Shown here: positions 8,509 through 18,198 of the stretch, piece after piece
Layout of the letters: each line of letters begins with the position of its first letter
Position numbering within the stretch: position 1 is the stretch's first letter
Assembly (NCBI GenBank): GCA_043802105.1
Contig: JAZDLL010000107.1
Span: forward strand, 1 to 44,389
Direction: 5' to 3'
DNA length: 44,389 bases
DNA from: Candidatus Omnitrophota bacterium
GTDB lineage: Bacteria; Omnitrophota; Gorgyraeia; Gygaellales; Profunditerraquicolaceae
Position numbers and translations under genes: made by a program
The notes under the pieces: generated by a model
What the model was told of the DNA's origin: nothing
The model's database searches: none
The model's input: the letters and a program-made list of their open reading frames with translations, nothing else

Positions 8509-9825
8509 CTAAACTAGCTTCTTAGCCTCTGCAATTATCTTTTGAGCTTTCTTTTCTCCGATGCCTTTGATTTTAATCAGCCCCGGCACCTGAAGCTTAA
8601 TTATATCCTCTAGGCTTTGGACTCCGGATTCTTTTAAGCTCTCGGCAATCTTGGCGCCTACCCCTAAAAGCTCTCCTAAAGAAACCTCTTGCTTGGCTTC
8701 TGTTTTCACCTCTTTTTCAACCTCTTTTTTGGCTTCTGTTTTGGATGATATTTTGGATACTTTTTTGGTTACCTTTTTAGCTTCTTTCTTAACCTTCTTA
8801 ACCTTAGCCGGCTCAAGCTGGCTGGTGACTGATTCTGTAGCAACAGCCGTTACCTCTGCTTTACCGCCGAGCGCCTCAGCAGCAATCATGCTCTTAGTGC
8901 GAATATCCAGCTCCCAGCCCACCAGCCGAGCAGCTAAACGCACATTCTGGCCGTGTTTACCGATGCTCAAAGACAGCTGATCATCATCAACAATCACCCC
9001 AGCCTTCATTTTATCCCGGTCTAATTTAATTTCGGAAACCTTAGCCGGTGAAAGCGCAGCCTTAATATATTCACGCACATCGTCATTAAAACGCACAATA
9101 TCAATTTTTTCACCCTGTAACTCGTTAACAATATTTCTCACCCGGTTGCCGCGCATGCCTACGCAGGCACCCACCGCGTCCACCTTGTCATTCTTGGAGT
9201 AAACCGAAATTTTAGTCCGTTCACCGGCTTGACGCGAGATACCCCGAATCTCCACGATCCCCTCATAAATCTCCGGAACCTCTAATTCAAACAATTCCTT
9301 AACTAAATTCGGGTGAGCGCGCGACAAAATAATCTGCGGGCCCTTAGTATCTTTTTTCACCTCTACCACATAAGCGCGGATGCGCTGCCCCTGCTTGAAT
9401 TCTTCTTTAGGCGACTGTTCACGCTTAAGCAAAACGCCTTCGGCCTTACCCAAAAGATCCACAATCACATTGCCTTTTTCAAAACGGTAAACCGTACCGC
9501 TGACAATTTCTCCTACCCGGCCCTGAAATTCTGCAAAAACCACATCCTTCTCCGCCTCGCGCATTTTCTGAATAATTACCTGGCGCGCAGTAGAGGCGGC
9601 AATCCGCCCAAAATCGATATTGAGCACTGGCTCATTATTACGAAAAGCGCGGATCTCTCCGGTCACCCGGTCAATCTGCACCTTAAATTCCTCATCCGGC
9701 TTTAAATCAATTACCCTTTTAGCGGCACTAAGCATGGCGCTTTCTACGGCCTCCAGCATAATTTCTTTTTTAATTCCTTTTTCTCTTTCAATCTGTTCAA
9801 TAATCGCTAAAAGTTCCTGACTCAT
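8509..9825 (-). CDS. nusA: Transcription termination/antitermination factor NusA
   Basis: It has a NusA N-domain, an S1 domain and two KH domains (GACVGMRGNRV, IGKHGQNVRLA). A Lys-rich linker is followed by a C-terminal helix-hairpin-helix (GIGEKKAQKI). The ATG is preceded by GGGAGAG. Confidence 0.95.
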   Translation of the reverse strand: MSQELLAIIEQIEREKGIKKEIMLEAVESAMLSAAKRVIDLKPDEEFKVQIDRVTGEIRAFRNNEPVLNIDFGRIAASTARQVIIQKMREAEKDVVFAEFQGRVGEIVSGTVYRFEKGNVIVDLLGKAEGVLLKREQSPKEEFKQGQRIRAYVVEVKKDTKGPQIILSRAHPNLVKELFELEVPEIYEGIVEIRGISRQAGERTKISVYSKNDKVDAVGACVGMRGNRVRNIVNELQGEKIDIVRFNDDVREYIKAALSPAKVSEIKLDRDKMKAGVIVDDDQLSLSIGKHGQNVRLAARLVGWELDIRTKSMIAAEALGGKAEVTAVATESVTSQLEPAKVKKVKKEAKKVTKKVSKISSKTEAKKEVEKEVKTEAKQEVSLGELLGVGAKIAESLKESGVQSLEDIIKLQVPGLIKIKGIGEKKAQKIIAEAKKLV

Positions 9826-9840
9826 TTTTTTACTCTCCCT

Positions 9841-10299
9841 TTATATTACTAATTGTGCCTTGTTTATTTTTATTAATGGAATCTCCAAAGTTTGCTCTCC
9901 AGTGCGGATAAATACGACCGATCCATCCACCCGGTTAATTTCCCCCTGCCACTGGCATTTGCCGCCTACTAAATCATTAAGAAAAAATACCGCTTCTTTA
10001 TTTAAACAGCGTAAGAAATCTTTTGGCCGTTTAAGCGGCCGATCCAACCCCGGTGAAGAAACTTCCAAAATATAATCGCCGTCAATTATATTTTTCTCTT
10101 CCAGCAGGTTTTTAAGTTGCCGACTTAGCCCGGCGCACTCCTGCAGAGTTATGCCGCCAAGCGGCTTATCCGCCAGAACAGTTAAAATCAAACGCTTACC
10201 TTCAGGCCGATAGATCAAATCGATAAACTCCAGGCCTTTAGCAGTAATACAGATTCGGAACAAATCCATTAACTCTTGAGTAAAGGTTTCTTTAATCAA
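9841..10299 (-). CDS. rimP: Ribosome maturation factor RimP
   Basis: It carries the LEVSSPGLDRPL signature, is 152 aa, and sits directly upstream of nusA. It starts at a TTG, and the N-terminal helix aligns with RimP homologs. Confidence 0.9.
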   Translation of the reverse strand: MIKETFTQELMDLFRICITAKGLEFIDLIYRPEGKRLILTVLADKPLGGITLQECAGLSRQLKNLLEEKNIIDGDYILEVSSPGLDRPLKRPKDFLRCLNKEAVFFLNDLVGGKCQWQGEINRVDGSVVFIRTGEQTLEIPLIKINKAQLVI

Positions 10300-10315
10300 A
10301 CCCTTAGTCCTTTTT

Positions 10316-11545
10316 CTAGAAATCTTTGCTCGTATAGTTAGCGCACCTGTTTAATTTATTATAAAAAGATGGTTTTTGGTACGCGGATTTAAGGATATCG
10401 GCGTCCTCATCAAAAACGAAAATATCCTGTACCGTATACTCTTTCGATTTTACCACCTCACTTATTTGAGTAACCCTTCTTCTGCCGTCCGGAAACCGGG
10501 TTAAATGAATGACCATATCTACTGCCCCAATAATCTGTCTTTTAGCCACCTCGCTAGACATATTATTACTCCCCATTAAAGCCAGAATCTCTAAACGGTC
10601 TAAAGCCTCCAAAGGTGAACTGGCATGCAAAGTAGTCATCGAACCTTCATGGCCAGTGCTCATCGCCTGAATCATATCCAAAACTTCCCCTCCTCTGACC
10701 TCACCGGCAATTACCCTATCCGGCCGCATATGCAAGGCGTTCCTAAACAAATCCCTAATGCTAATTTGGCCTTTACCTTCAACGTTAAAAGGCCGAGTTT
10801 CCATCGGTACAGTATGTTTTCTGGAAATGATCAATTCTCGGGTATCTTCAATCGTAATCAACCTTTCATTCTCCGGGATAAAATCAACCAGGGCATTTAA
10901 TAAGGTCGTTTTACCGGTCCCGGCGCCTCCTGAAATTAATATGTTTAACCTGGAAACTACGCATGCCTTCAAAAACTCGACAACCGCAGAATTAAGAGTT
11001 CCTAAATTACTCAAGTCTTCCATGCGTAAAACACGATAAGAAAATTTCCTGATCGTTATTATCGGGCCAATCCGGGAAACCGGGCTCCTGACAATATTCA
11101 CCCGCGAACCATCCTTAAGCCTGGCGTCTACAAAAGGCTCAAGCTCAGAAAGCCTTCTTCCTAAAGGTGCAATAATCCGGTCAACAAGCTGCAGTAATTG
11201 CTCTTCGCTAGTAAAAGTAAGATCGGTTAACTCTATATTACCCTTACGTTCAACATAGATCTGATGCGGACCATTAATCATAATCTCGGTAACCTCTGAA
11301 TCTTTAAGTAAGCTTTCAATCGAACCAAAACCGATAAAGTGTGATATTATTTCAGTTAGAACTTCCTCCTCTTCAGGATGCTTAAGGCTGATCCTATTTT
11401 TTCTTAAAACTGCCCTAAAAACAACTTCTACTGCATGCTTAAAATCCAAGCGGTCATCTTGTGCAAAATTAATTTTAAATTCTCCGTCTTTTGCGTTGAG
11501 TTTCTCTAATACCTCATCTCTTATGGCCTGCAGATGGCTATCCAT
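10316..11545 (-). CDS. cpaF: CpaF/TadA-type type II/IV secretion-system ATPase (paralog A)
   Basis: Motifs seen: Walker A GGAGTGKTT, ITIEDTRELI, RPDRVIAGEVRGGE, and the His box MSTGHEGSMTTLHA. The N-terminal T2SSE-N-like region contains VTEIMINGP. Confidence 0.85.
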   Translation of the reverse strand: MDSHLQAIRDEVLEKLNAKDGEFKINFAQDDRLDFKHAVEVVFRAVLRKNRISLKHPEEEEVLTEIISHFIGFGSIESLLKDSEVTEIMINGPHQIYVERKGNIELTDLTFTSEEQLLQLVDRIIAPLGRRLSELEPFVDARLKDGSRVNIVRSPVSRIGPIITIRKFSYRVLRMEDLSNLGTLNSAVVEFLKACVVSRLNILISGGAGTGKTTLLNALVDFIPENERLITIEDTRELIISRKHTVPMETRPFNVEGKGQISIRDLFRNALHMRPDRVIAGEVRGGEVLDMIQAMSTGHEGSMTTLHASSPLEALDRLEILALMGSNNMSSEVAKRQIIGAVDMVIHLTRFPDGRRRVTQISEVVKSKEYTVQDIFVFDEDADILKSAYQKPSFYNKLNRCANYTSKDF

Positions 11546-11576
11546 ATCCGCGTTTCCTTTTGTTATGTCCCTTAAA

Positions 11577-12821
11577 CTAAAGTGTCAATTTCAGGATGTG
11601 CTTAAGCACTTCACCCTCAGGCACGAATTGCGTGCTCTTGTCTTTGCGTAACCTTAATTCTATCTTTTTTTCTTCAATACTCTTTTTACCAATGATGATG
11701 CTTACGGGTACGCCGATCAAATCCGCATCCTTGAATTTAACTCCCGCCCGCTCATCGCGGTCATCCAAAAGCACATCCAAGCCATTGTCTTTAAGCTCTT
11801 GATATAAACTTTTAGCCGCCTGCATAACCTCTTGGTTAGTAACATCTAAGGGCAATACAATAATTCCAAAAGGAGCAACCTCCTGGGGCCAGATAATTCC
11901 ATCGGAGTCATTATTCTGTTCGATAATTGCAGAAATCAGGCGCGATACACCGATTCCATAACAACCCATAATCAAAGGTTTAAGCTGCCCCAAACTATCG
12001 GGAAAATTAGCCTGCATGGCCTGGCTGTATTTTGTACCTAACTTAAAAATGTGTCCAACTTCAATAGTGTTAATCTTATCCAACGGCACATTACATTCAG
12101 GACAAACGCCGGCTTCTTCTTTAAAAGCCCTGGACAATTTGCATTTAGGGCAACGCAAAACTATATCCTCCCCCTGCGGGGCAGGAGCCATAAATTCATG
12201 CGAAACTTTACCACCCATCACGCCGCTATCCGCCTCGGTAATCAAAGTTTCTAATCCACAGCGGGAAAATATCCTCTTATACGCTGCATACATTAATTGA
12301 TAGTTTTTATCCAGACCGGCTTCATCCTGATCAAAGCTATAGGCATCTTTCATAATAAATTCACAACACCGGATTAAACCAAAACGCGGCCGAAGCTCAT
12401 CGCGAAATTTAGTTTGAATCTGGTATAAAACCAGCGGCAGCTGCCGGTAGCTGGAAAGATTATTCTTAATCAAATCCGTAATTACTTCTTCATGCGTCGG
12501 GCCAAGAGATAAATCTCTGCCCCGCCGATCCTTAAACTTAAACATCACCTCGCCTAAGTCTTTATCCCGTCCGGTTCTCTGCCAAAGCTCAAGAGGCTGC
12601 AAAGCCGGCAGAAGCAGTTCGCTGGCGCCACAGGCATTCATCTCCTGACGAACTATCCCCTGGATTTTTTCTAAAACCCTCAGGCCCATCGGCAGATAAG
12701 TATAAGCTCCCGCCATCAGCATGCGCACAAACCCGGCACGCAACAGCAATTGATGGCTTAAGGATTCGGCATCCTTGGGTGTTTCTTTTAATGTGGGAAT
12801 AAACACTTTACTCCAAAACAT
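11577..12821 (-). CDS. proS: Proline-tRNA ligase, bacterial type but lacking the INS editing domain
   Basis: The bacterial ProRS N-terminus is present (FIPTLKETPKDAESLSHQLLLRAGF), as are class II motifs (FRDELRPRFGLIRCCEF, GCYGIGVSRL) and a C-terminal anticodon-binding domain. The protein is only 414 aa. SHEFMAPAPQGEDIVLRCPKCKLSRAFKEEAGVCPECN...EVGHIFKLGTKYS shows a ~30-aa CxxC..CxxC segment where INS normally sits. Confidence 0.93.
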   Translation of the reverse strand: MFWSKVFIPTLKETPKDAESLSHQLLLRAGFVRMLMAGAYTYLPMGLRVLEKIQGIVRQEMNACGASELLLPALQPLELWQRTGRDKDLGEVMFKFKDRRGRDLSLGPTHEEVITDLIKNNLSSYRQLPLVLYQIQTKFRDELRPRFGLIRCCEFIMKDAYSFDQDEAGLDKNYQLMYAAYKRIFSRCGLETLITEADSGVMGGKVSHEFMAPAPQGEDIVLRCPKCKLSRAFKEEAGVCPECNVPLDKINTIEVGHIFKLGTKYSQAMQANFPDSLGQLKPLIMGCYGIGVSRLISAIIEQNNDSDGIIWPQEVAPFGIIVLPLDVTNQEVMQAAKSLYQELKDNGLDVLLDDRDERAGVKFKDADLIGVPVSIIIGKKSIEEKKIELRLRKDKSTQFVPEGEVLKHILKLTL

Positions 12822-12822
12822 A

Positions 12823-14085
12823 TTAATCCTTATTAAAAATTTCTTTCGATAAAACTACCCCTCTTTTGTCGAAAATCGGATAAAATACCGGCACCACCCC
12901 CGTAGCTTTAAAACGGCCATGCACCTTTCCATCTCTATCTACATTTTCAATGTCATAATAAAAAATATCTTCCAGATTCGTCCAGCCGTCTTTTAGGCCA
13001 TTAACCTGGCTAATTCGGGTAATCTTACGGCCACCGTCAACAAGCTGATCCTGCTGAATAATTAAATGTAATGCTGAAACAATCTGCCGATGTATCGCCT
13101 CTAAACTTATCGGAATTCCGGACATCAAAATCATCGTCTCTAACCGATGCAGAACATCCCGCGGGGTATCCGCGTGAATAACGGAAAGTGCTCCGCTATG
13201 GCCTGAGCACATTGCCTGAAGCATATCTAAGGCTTCGGCGCTTCTAATTTCCCCTAAGATAATCCGCTGAGGACGCATACGCAAAGTATTACGAAAAAGG
13301 TCCCGAATGGTAATCTCCCCCTTGCCTTCAATATTCGGAGGCTTGGTCTCCAATCTGACTACGTGGTCCTGAGATAGATGCAACTCCGCCGTATCCTCGA
13401 TCGTGATGGTGCGTTCATCATTGCCAATATAACTGGAGAGCACGCCAACGGTAGTAGTTTTTCCGCTGCCGGTAGCACCCGCAAATATCATATTCGCCTT
13501 ACCCTTAATACAGGCAATTAAAAAATCCGCCATTCTTCTATCCAGCGTATCTAAGCTAATCAGATCTTCGGCATTGATAATTTTTTTAAGAAACTTGCGA
13601 ATAGTGATGGTCGGGCCATCTAAAGCCAAAGGAGGAATAATAATATTTACTCGCGAACCATCCGGCAGGCAGATATCCGTATAGGGAACCGATTCATCAA
13701 CCCTTCTCCTGGTCGGTGACAAAATCTTTTGAATAACATACATCAGCTGCTGATCGCTATCAAACTTCATACCGGTGAGCACTTTTTTACCATACTTTTC
13801 TACATAGACATTATGCGTACCATTAATCATAATTTCCGTAACATCCGGATCCATCATTAAATGCTCGATGGGGCCAAGCCCGGCGAATTCATCAACCAAC
13901 TCATTAATAATACTCTCCCTTTCCAACTCTTTAAGCGGATTACGCGGCTGGCTTAAAATCCCTTCCAGAATATTCCTGACTACCCCGGCAACTTCGGCCT
14001 TGTTACCGGCGCTTTTAAATAAAACGCTGCTGTATTTAGCCAAAAAATCTTCCCGAACCCTACCTTTTAATGTCGGCTGAGCCAT
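12823..14085 (-). CDS. cpaF: CpaF/TadA-type type II/IV secretion-system ATPase (paralog B)
   Basis: Motifs seen: Walker [34 protein letters not shown], and the His box [14 protein letters not shown]. The ATG at 14085 is preceded by AAGGAGAGG. It is only 1 nt from proS and overlaps the ispG 3' end by 26 nt. Confidence 0.85.
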   Translation of the reverse strand: MAQPTLKGRVREDFLAKYSSVLFKSAGNKAEVAGVVRNILEGILSQPRNPLKELERESIINELVDEFAGLGPIEHLMMDPDVTEIMINGTHNVYVEKYGKKVLTGMKFDSDQQLMYVIQKILSPTRRRVDESVPYTDICLPDGSRVNIIIPPLALDGPTITIRKFLKKIINAEDLISLDTLDRRMADFLIACIKGKANMIFAGATGSGKTTTVGVLSSYIGNDERTITIEDTAELHLSQDHVVRLETKPPNIEGKGEITIRDLFRNTLRMRPQRIILGEIRSAEALDMLQAMCSGHSGALSVIHADTPRDVLHRLETMILMSGIPISLEAIHRQIVSALHLIIQQDQLVDGGRKITRISQVNGLKDGWTNLEDIFYYDIENVDRDGKVHGRFKATGVVPVFYPIFDKRGVVLSKEIFNKD

Positions 14086-15154
14086 GTCCTCTCCTTAATT
14101 TAATCTCTTTGATTAAAGTTTGCACGCAATCTTTAGCCAATATTTTTTTAACCATCTTGCCCTGCGAAAATAAAACTCCTGCCTCTTTACCAAAAGCCAC
14201 CCCTAAATCGGCTTCTTTGGCTTCTTGCGGCCCGTTAACCACACAACCCATCACCGCTACTTTTAAAGGATCAGCGGATTGCTGATAGGCCCCAACGGCT
14301 AACTTAGCTTCCAGGCTTTTGACTATGCTGATCAAATCTATTTCACAGCGGCCGCAAGTCGGGCAACTAATTATCTGAACCCCCGCGCGGCGTAAACCTA
14401 AGGCCTCTAAAATACTTTTGGCTGATCTTACCTCTTCTGCCGGATTATCCGTAAGTGACACCCTTATTGTATCACCAATACCCTCTAGTAGTAAAGATCC
14501 TAAAGCGATACTAGATTTGATAATGCCATTATAGGCAGAGCCGGTGGCGGTCAAACCCAAATGCAAAGGATAGCCACAAAGCTTAGCCATCTTACGGTAA
14601 GCCTCCACCGTATCCAGAACATTGTTGGCTTTCAGCGAAATCACCAGGTTAGTAAACTTTAACCTTTCAATTATTTTAACATAATTCATGCAGGAGGCTA
14701 CCAATTTATCGGTCATCGAAGATTTTCTGGCGCCGATATCCCTTACCGAACCGCTATTTAACCCGATGCGCAAAGGAATCTTTGCCGCTTTTAACGCAGC
14801 GATAACCGCTTTTATCTGTTGCGGTTTATCCAGGTTTCCGGGATTCAGCCTGATTTTATCTGCGCCATTTTCAATCGCGGCAATCGCCAGCCGATATGAA
14901 AAGTGAATATCCGCTACCAGCGGCAACCTGGTTTTCGCCTTAATTTTCCTAAAAGCCTGCGCATCGGCTAAGTCCTTAACCGCCAAGCGCACAATCTGAG
15001 CTCCCTGCGCCTCCAATTGATTAATCTGTTTGGCGGTATGCTCAATATCCGAGGTTTTAGTCTTAGTCATGGATTGGATAGCCACAGGGTTTCTGCCGCC
15101 GATTAAACAAGCGCCAATTTTAACTACCTGGCAATCTCTTCTCTTAATTTCCAT
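14060..15154 (-). CDS. ispG: 4-hydroxy-3-methylbut-2-en-1-yl diphosphate synthase (GcpE)
   Basis: It has a TIM-barrel N-domain (NPVAIQSMTKT, RLAV, DIHF) and the C-terminal Fe-S ligands CPTCGRC and GCVVNGPQEA. Confidence 0.95.
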   Translation of the reverse strand: MEIKRRDCQVVKIGACLIGGRNPVAIQSMTKTKTSDIEHTAKQINQLEAQGAQIVRLAVKDLADAQAFRKIKAKTRLPLVADIHFSYRLAIAAIENGADKIRLNPGNLDKPQQIKAVIAALKAAKIPLRIGLNSGSVRDIGARKSSMTDKLVASCMNYVKIIERLKFTNLVISLKANNVLDTVEAYRKMAKLCGYPLHLGLTATGSAYNGIIKSSIALGSLLLEGIGDTIRVSLTDNPAEEVRSAKSILEALGLRRAGVQIISCPTCGRCEIDLISIVKSLEAKLAVGAYQQSADPLKVAVMGCVVNGPQEAKEADLGVAFGKEAGVLFSQGKMVKKILAKDCVQTLIKEIKLRRGHGSADIKR

Positions 15155-15155
15155 A

Positions 15156-16238
15156 TTATTTGGCCACCAGTTTACTAAGTTTGTCTCCGTAAAGCCTCAA
15201 AATGTCATTATAAGTAACAAATAAGGCCAAAGTAATCATCAGAGAAAGGCCTACATTATTAATGATCTCTTCTGTTTTAGCCCCTAAAGCTTTTTTCCTT
15301 ATTTTTTCCAAACCTAACAAAAATAAATGGCCGCCATCCAGAATAGGCAACGGTAAAAGGTTAAAAATAGCCAGGCTGACGCTTAATACGGCGACCAGAT
15401 GCATCAGAGCAACCAAACCTAATTTTGCCGCTTTAGAGGTAATAAAAAATATTCCCAGGGGGCCGGTCATCGAATCGCGCATCGACATCTTCCCGCTGAC
15501 TAATCTGGCTAAGCCGATATAAGTCATCACCGTTAAATCAATGGTTTTTTTAAAGCCAAGATAAGCGGAGTCAAAAAAACCGTGCTTAACTTCAATTATT
15601 TCATCCAAAGGAGAAATACCGATAATTCCTAAAACACGCTTTTGGCCCAGCTGATCATCCAGGGCTTTATCCTTAATGGGGACATTAAATTCCAACACCT
15701 GATGATCACGTAAAACTTTAAGCCGGACACTAGAACTGGTTTTTCTTTCCCGGATCGCTTGCTGGAGCTCCTCCCAGAAACCAACTTTGGCGCCATCTAC
15801 CGCCACAATATTATCACCCACCTGCAAGCCGGCAACTTTTGCGCCATAGCCATCAATTAATCCACCGACTTTAGAGGTCAGGCTAGGATAGCCGATAAAA
15901 AAAATAAACCAAAAAAATAAAAACCCCAAAAAATAATTTAAAAGTGGCCCGCAGAAAATAATCTGGAAGCGCCTTCCCGGAGCTTTAGCAAAATATTCAT
16001 CTTTAGCCCCCCGGCATTCTGATTGGCTATCTCCGGCCATTTTTACATATCCGCCTAAAGGGATTAAATTCAGTTTATATTCGGTATCGCCTTTTTTAAT
16101 TTTAAAAATAAGCGGCCCGAACCCTAAAGAAAACTGCTCAACGCGCACGCCATTTTTGCGGGCGGCAATAAAATGCCCGAACTCATGCACAATGATTAAC
16201 AAGCTTAAAATTAAGATAAAAATAAGTATGGCTATCAT
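15156..16238 (-). CDS. rseP: RIP site-2 zinc metalloprotease RseP (M50 family)
   Basis: It has the HEFGHF zinc motif, a central PDZ domain (GLQVGDNIVAVDG), NLLPLPILDGG, and multiple TM helices. Confidence 0.93.
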   Translation of the reverse strand: MIAILIFILILSLLIIVHEFGHFIAARKNGVRVEQFSLGFGPLIFKIKKGDTEYKLNLIPLGGYVKMAGDSQSECRGAKDEYFAKAPGRRFQIIFCGPLLNYFLGFLFFWFIFFIGYPSLTSKVGGLIDGYGAKVAGLQVGDNIVAVDGAKVGFWEELQQAIRERKTSSSVRLKVLRDHQVLEFNVPIKDKALDDQLGQKRVLGIIGISPLDEIIEVKHGFFDSAYLGFKKTIDLTVMTYIGLARLVSGKMSMRDSMTGPLGIFFITSKAAKLGLVALMHLVAVLSVSLAIFNLLPLPILDGGHLFLLGLEKIRKKALGAKTEEIINNVGLSLMITLALFVTYNDILRLYGDKLSKLVAK

Positions 16239-16241
16239 TTT

Positions 16242-17408
16242 TTAAAGTAAGGCACGCCGCGCGCAAGCCGCCAGAGCCAAAGCCTCTTGCCTGGCCCAAG
16301 CATCAGCGCACATAATCTCATTCAAATTCGGGCTGGCAATCTTGGTGTGTCGCTGCATCACCTTTTCCACTATTTTTGGTATAGTTAAAAAACTAATCTT
16401 TTTAGCTAGAAATCTATCCACGCTTACTTCATTAGCCGCATTCAAAACCGCCGGCATTGTCCCTAACTCTTGGGCCGCCTGGTAAGCCAGCGCCAGGCAA
16501 GGAAACTTCCTCGGATCCGGTTTGGCAAAATGCAGCTTACTTAAACCATAGAAATCTATTCCGGCCAAGGAACTTCTCAAACGCTTAGGATAAGATAAAG
16601 CATACTGGATAGGTATGCGCATATCGGTGACCGAGAGCTGCGCCATAATCACCCCGTCATTAAACTCCACCATCGAATGGATCAGGGCTTCCGGATGAAT
16701 CAATATTTTTATTTTCTCCACTCCTAAATCAAATAAAAACATCGCCTCCAGCAATTCCAGCCCCTTGTTCATTAAAGTCGCCGAATCTACCGTAATCTTC
16801 TTGCCCATCTTCCAGCGGGGATGCTGCAATACTTTTTCTAGCGTCACCTGCTTAAATTTATTGCGCGGCAGGTTCCAGAACGGGCCACCGGAAGCAGTCA
16901 GGTATACCCGCTTAACATTAACCGCACCCAAACCACCTAAGCTCTGCCAGATAGCAGACTGCTCGCTATCCACCGGCCTAATCAAAACCTGGTGTTTCCT
17001 GGCCAAGCGCATGACCATGGCTCCGGCTATCACCAAAGCTTCTTTATTGGCTAAAGCAATCTCTTTACCGCCCTTAATCGCGCTAATTAAAGGCGCCAGG
17101 GCAGCTGAACCGGTAATCGCAACCATTACCTGCTGGATAGCTTTATCTTTAACCAGTTCATCCAGGCCTTCCGGGCCGGCCAAAACTTTCGTCGAAGATC
17201 TCAGGGTAGCTTTTAGCTTGGCAGCTAAGCGCAGATCTCTGACACAAACCAGCTTGGGCGCAAATTCATCGATCTGCTGTTTTAATTTAACAATATCCGA
17301 ATTAACGCTTAAAGCTACAATCTTAAATTCCCGAGGCAGGCTTCTGACTACCTCTAGCGTGCTCTGGCCGATGGATCCGCTAGAGCCTAAAACCGCAATA
17401 TTCTTCAT
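16242..17408 (-). CDS. dxr: 1-deoxy-D-xylulose-5-phosphate reductoisomerase
   Basis: It has the GSSGSIGQST NADPH-binding motif, LANKEAL, NAANE and a Dxr C-domain. The length is full (388 aa). Confidence 0.97.
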   Translation of the reverse strand: MKNIAVLGSSGSIGQSTLEVVRSLPREFKIVALSVNSDIVKLKQQIDEFAPKLVCVRDLRLAAKLKATLRSSTKVLAGPEGLDELVKDKAIQQVMVAITGSAALAPLISAIKGGKEIALANKEALVIAGAMVMRLARKHQVLIRPVDSEQSAIWQSLGGLGAVNVKRVYLTASGGPFWNLPRNKFKQVTLEKVLQHPRWKMGKKITVDSATLMNKGLELLEAMFLFDLGVEKIKILIHPEALIHSMVEFNDGVIMAQLSVTDMRIPIQYALSYPKRLRSSLAGIDFYGLSKLHFAKPDPRKFPCLALAYQAAQELGTMPAVLNAANEVSVDRFLAKKISFLTIPKIVEKVMQRHTKIASPNLNEIMCADAWARQEALALAACARRALL

Positions 17409-17409
17409 T

Positions 17410-18198
17410 TTATAATCGCGCTAAGATAAAATAGAATACCGGAGCGGTAAATAACAAACTGTCGATTTCATCTAATACCCCGCCCATGCCCGGAAAAATA
17501 TTTCCGGAATCCTTAACTTGGCAGTCGCGTTTAAGCAAAGATTCCGAAAGATCACCCAATTGCCCGAGCACCCCTAAACTGACCGAAATAATCAGCAACT
17601 GTCCATACTCAAAAGGCAGAAACGGCTTACAAGCTAATCCTCCCAGGACGCTAAAAAGCAAACCTCCCAGCGACCCGACAACAGTTTTCTTCGGACTAAT
17701 GCGCGGAATTAAAAGCTTCTTACCCCATCTACTTCCCACTAAATATGCCCCAATATCACCCAGCTTAGTAATTAATAATAAGGCGGTCAGAAAACCCAGC
17801 CCACCGGGCAAGTAACGTATTTTAATCAGGAAACTAAAAAACCAGGAAACATAAAGTATACCAAAAAGCGTAGTGGAGATATCCACAATCACTCCGGAGC
17901 TATCCCGGCGCTTAAATTGCATAAGAATAAGAGAAAATAAAGCCAAAACAATAAAAAGCAACTCCCAACTTTTAGTCGGCTCAAATCTAAACATAATTGA
18001 TAAAGGAATAACCGTTCCCATAGCGATGCCAAAATATTTGTAAATACTGATCCCTTTTTTCTCAAGCATCGTAAAATACTCATACAGCCCCCCCACAATA
18101 AATAAGATAATTGCCAAACTGCATAGCCAATTAAAAAGAATCACCGTAACAATAAAACTAACCAGCACGACAAAGCTAATTATTCTCTTGGTTAACAT
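17410..18198 (-). CDS. cdsA: Phosphatidate cytidylyltransferase
   Basis: It is a polytopic membrane protein with the CTP_transf_1 C-terminal signature SLLKRDCQVKDSGNIFPGMGGVLDEIDS. It sits in the uppS-cdsA-dxr position. Confidence 0.9.
   Translation of the reverse strand: MLTKRIISFVVLVSFIVTVILFNWLCSLAIILFIVGGLYEYFTMLEKKGISIYKYFGIAMGTVIPLSIMFRFEPTKSWELLFIVLALFSLILMQFKRRDSSGVIVDISTTLFGILYVSWFFSFLIKIRYLPGGLGFLTALLLITKLGDIGAYLVGSRWGKKLLIPRISPKKTVVGSLGGLLFSVLGGLACKPFLPFEYGQLLIISVSLGVLGQLGDLSESLLKRDCQVKDSGNIFPGMGGVLDEIDSLLFTAPVFYFILARL

Noticed and set aside
16765-17415. A 216-aa plus-strand ORF, the longest on the plus strand
   Set aside because: It lies entirely antisense to dxr, which has unambiguous full-length homology. 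Its translation is low-complexity (Ala/Leu/Ser/Pro/Thr-rich) with no recognisable motif and no RBS. It is a typical shadow ORF.
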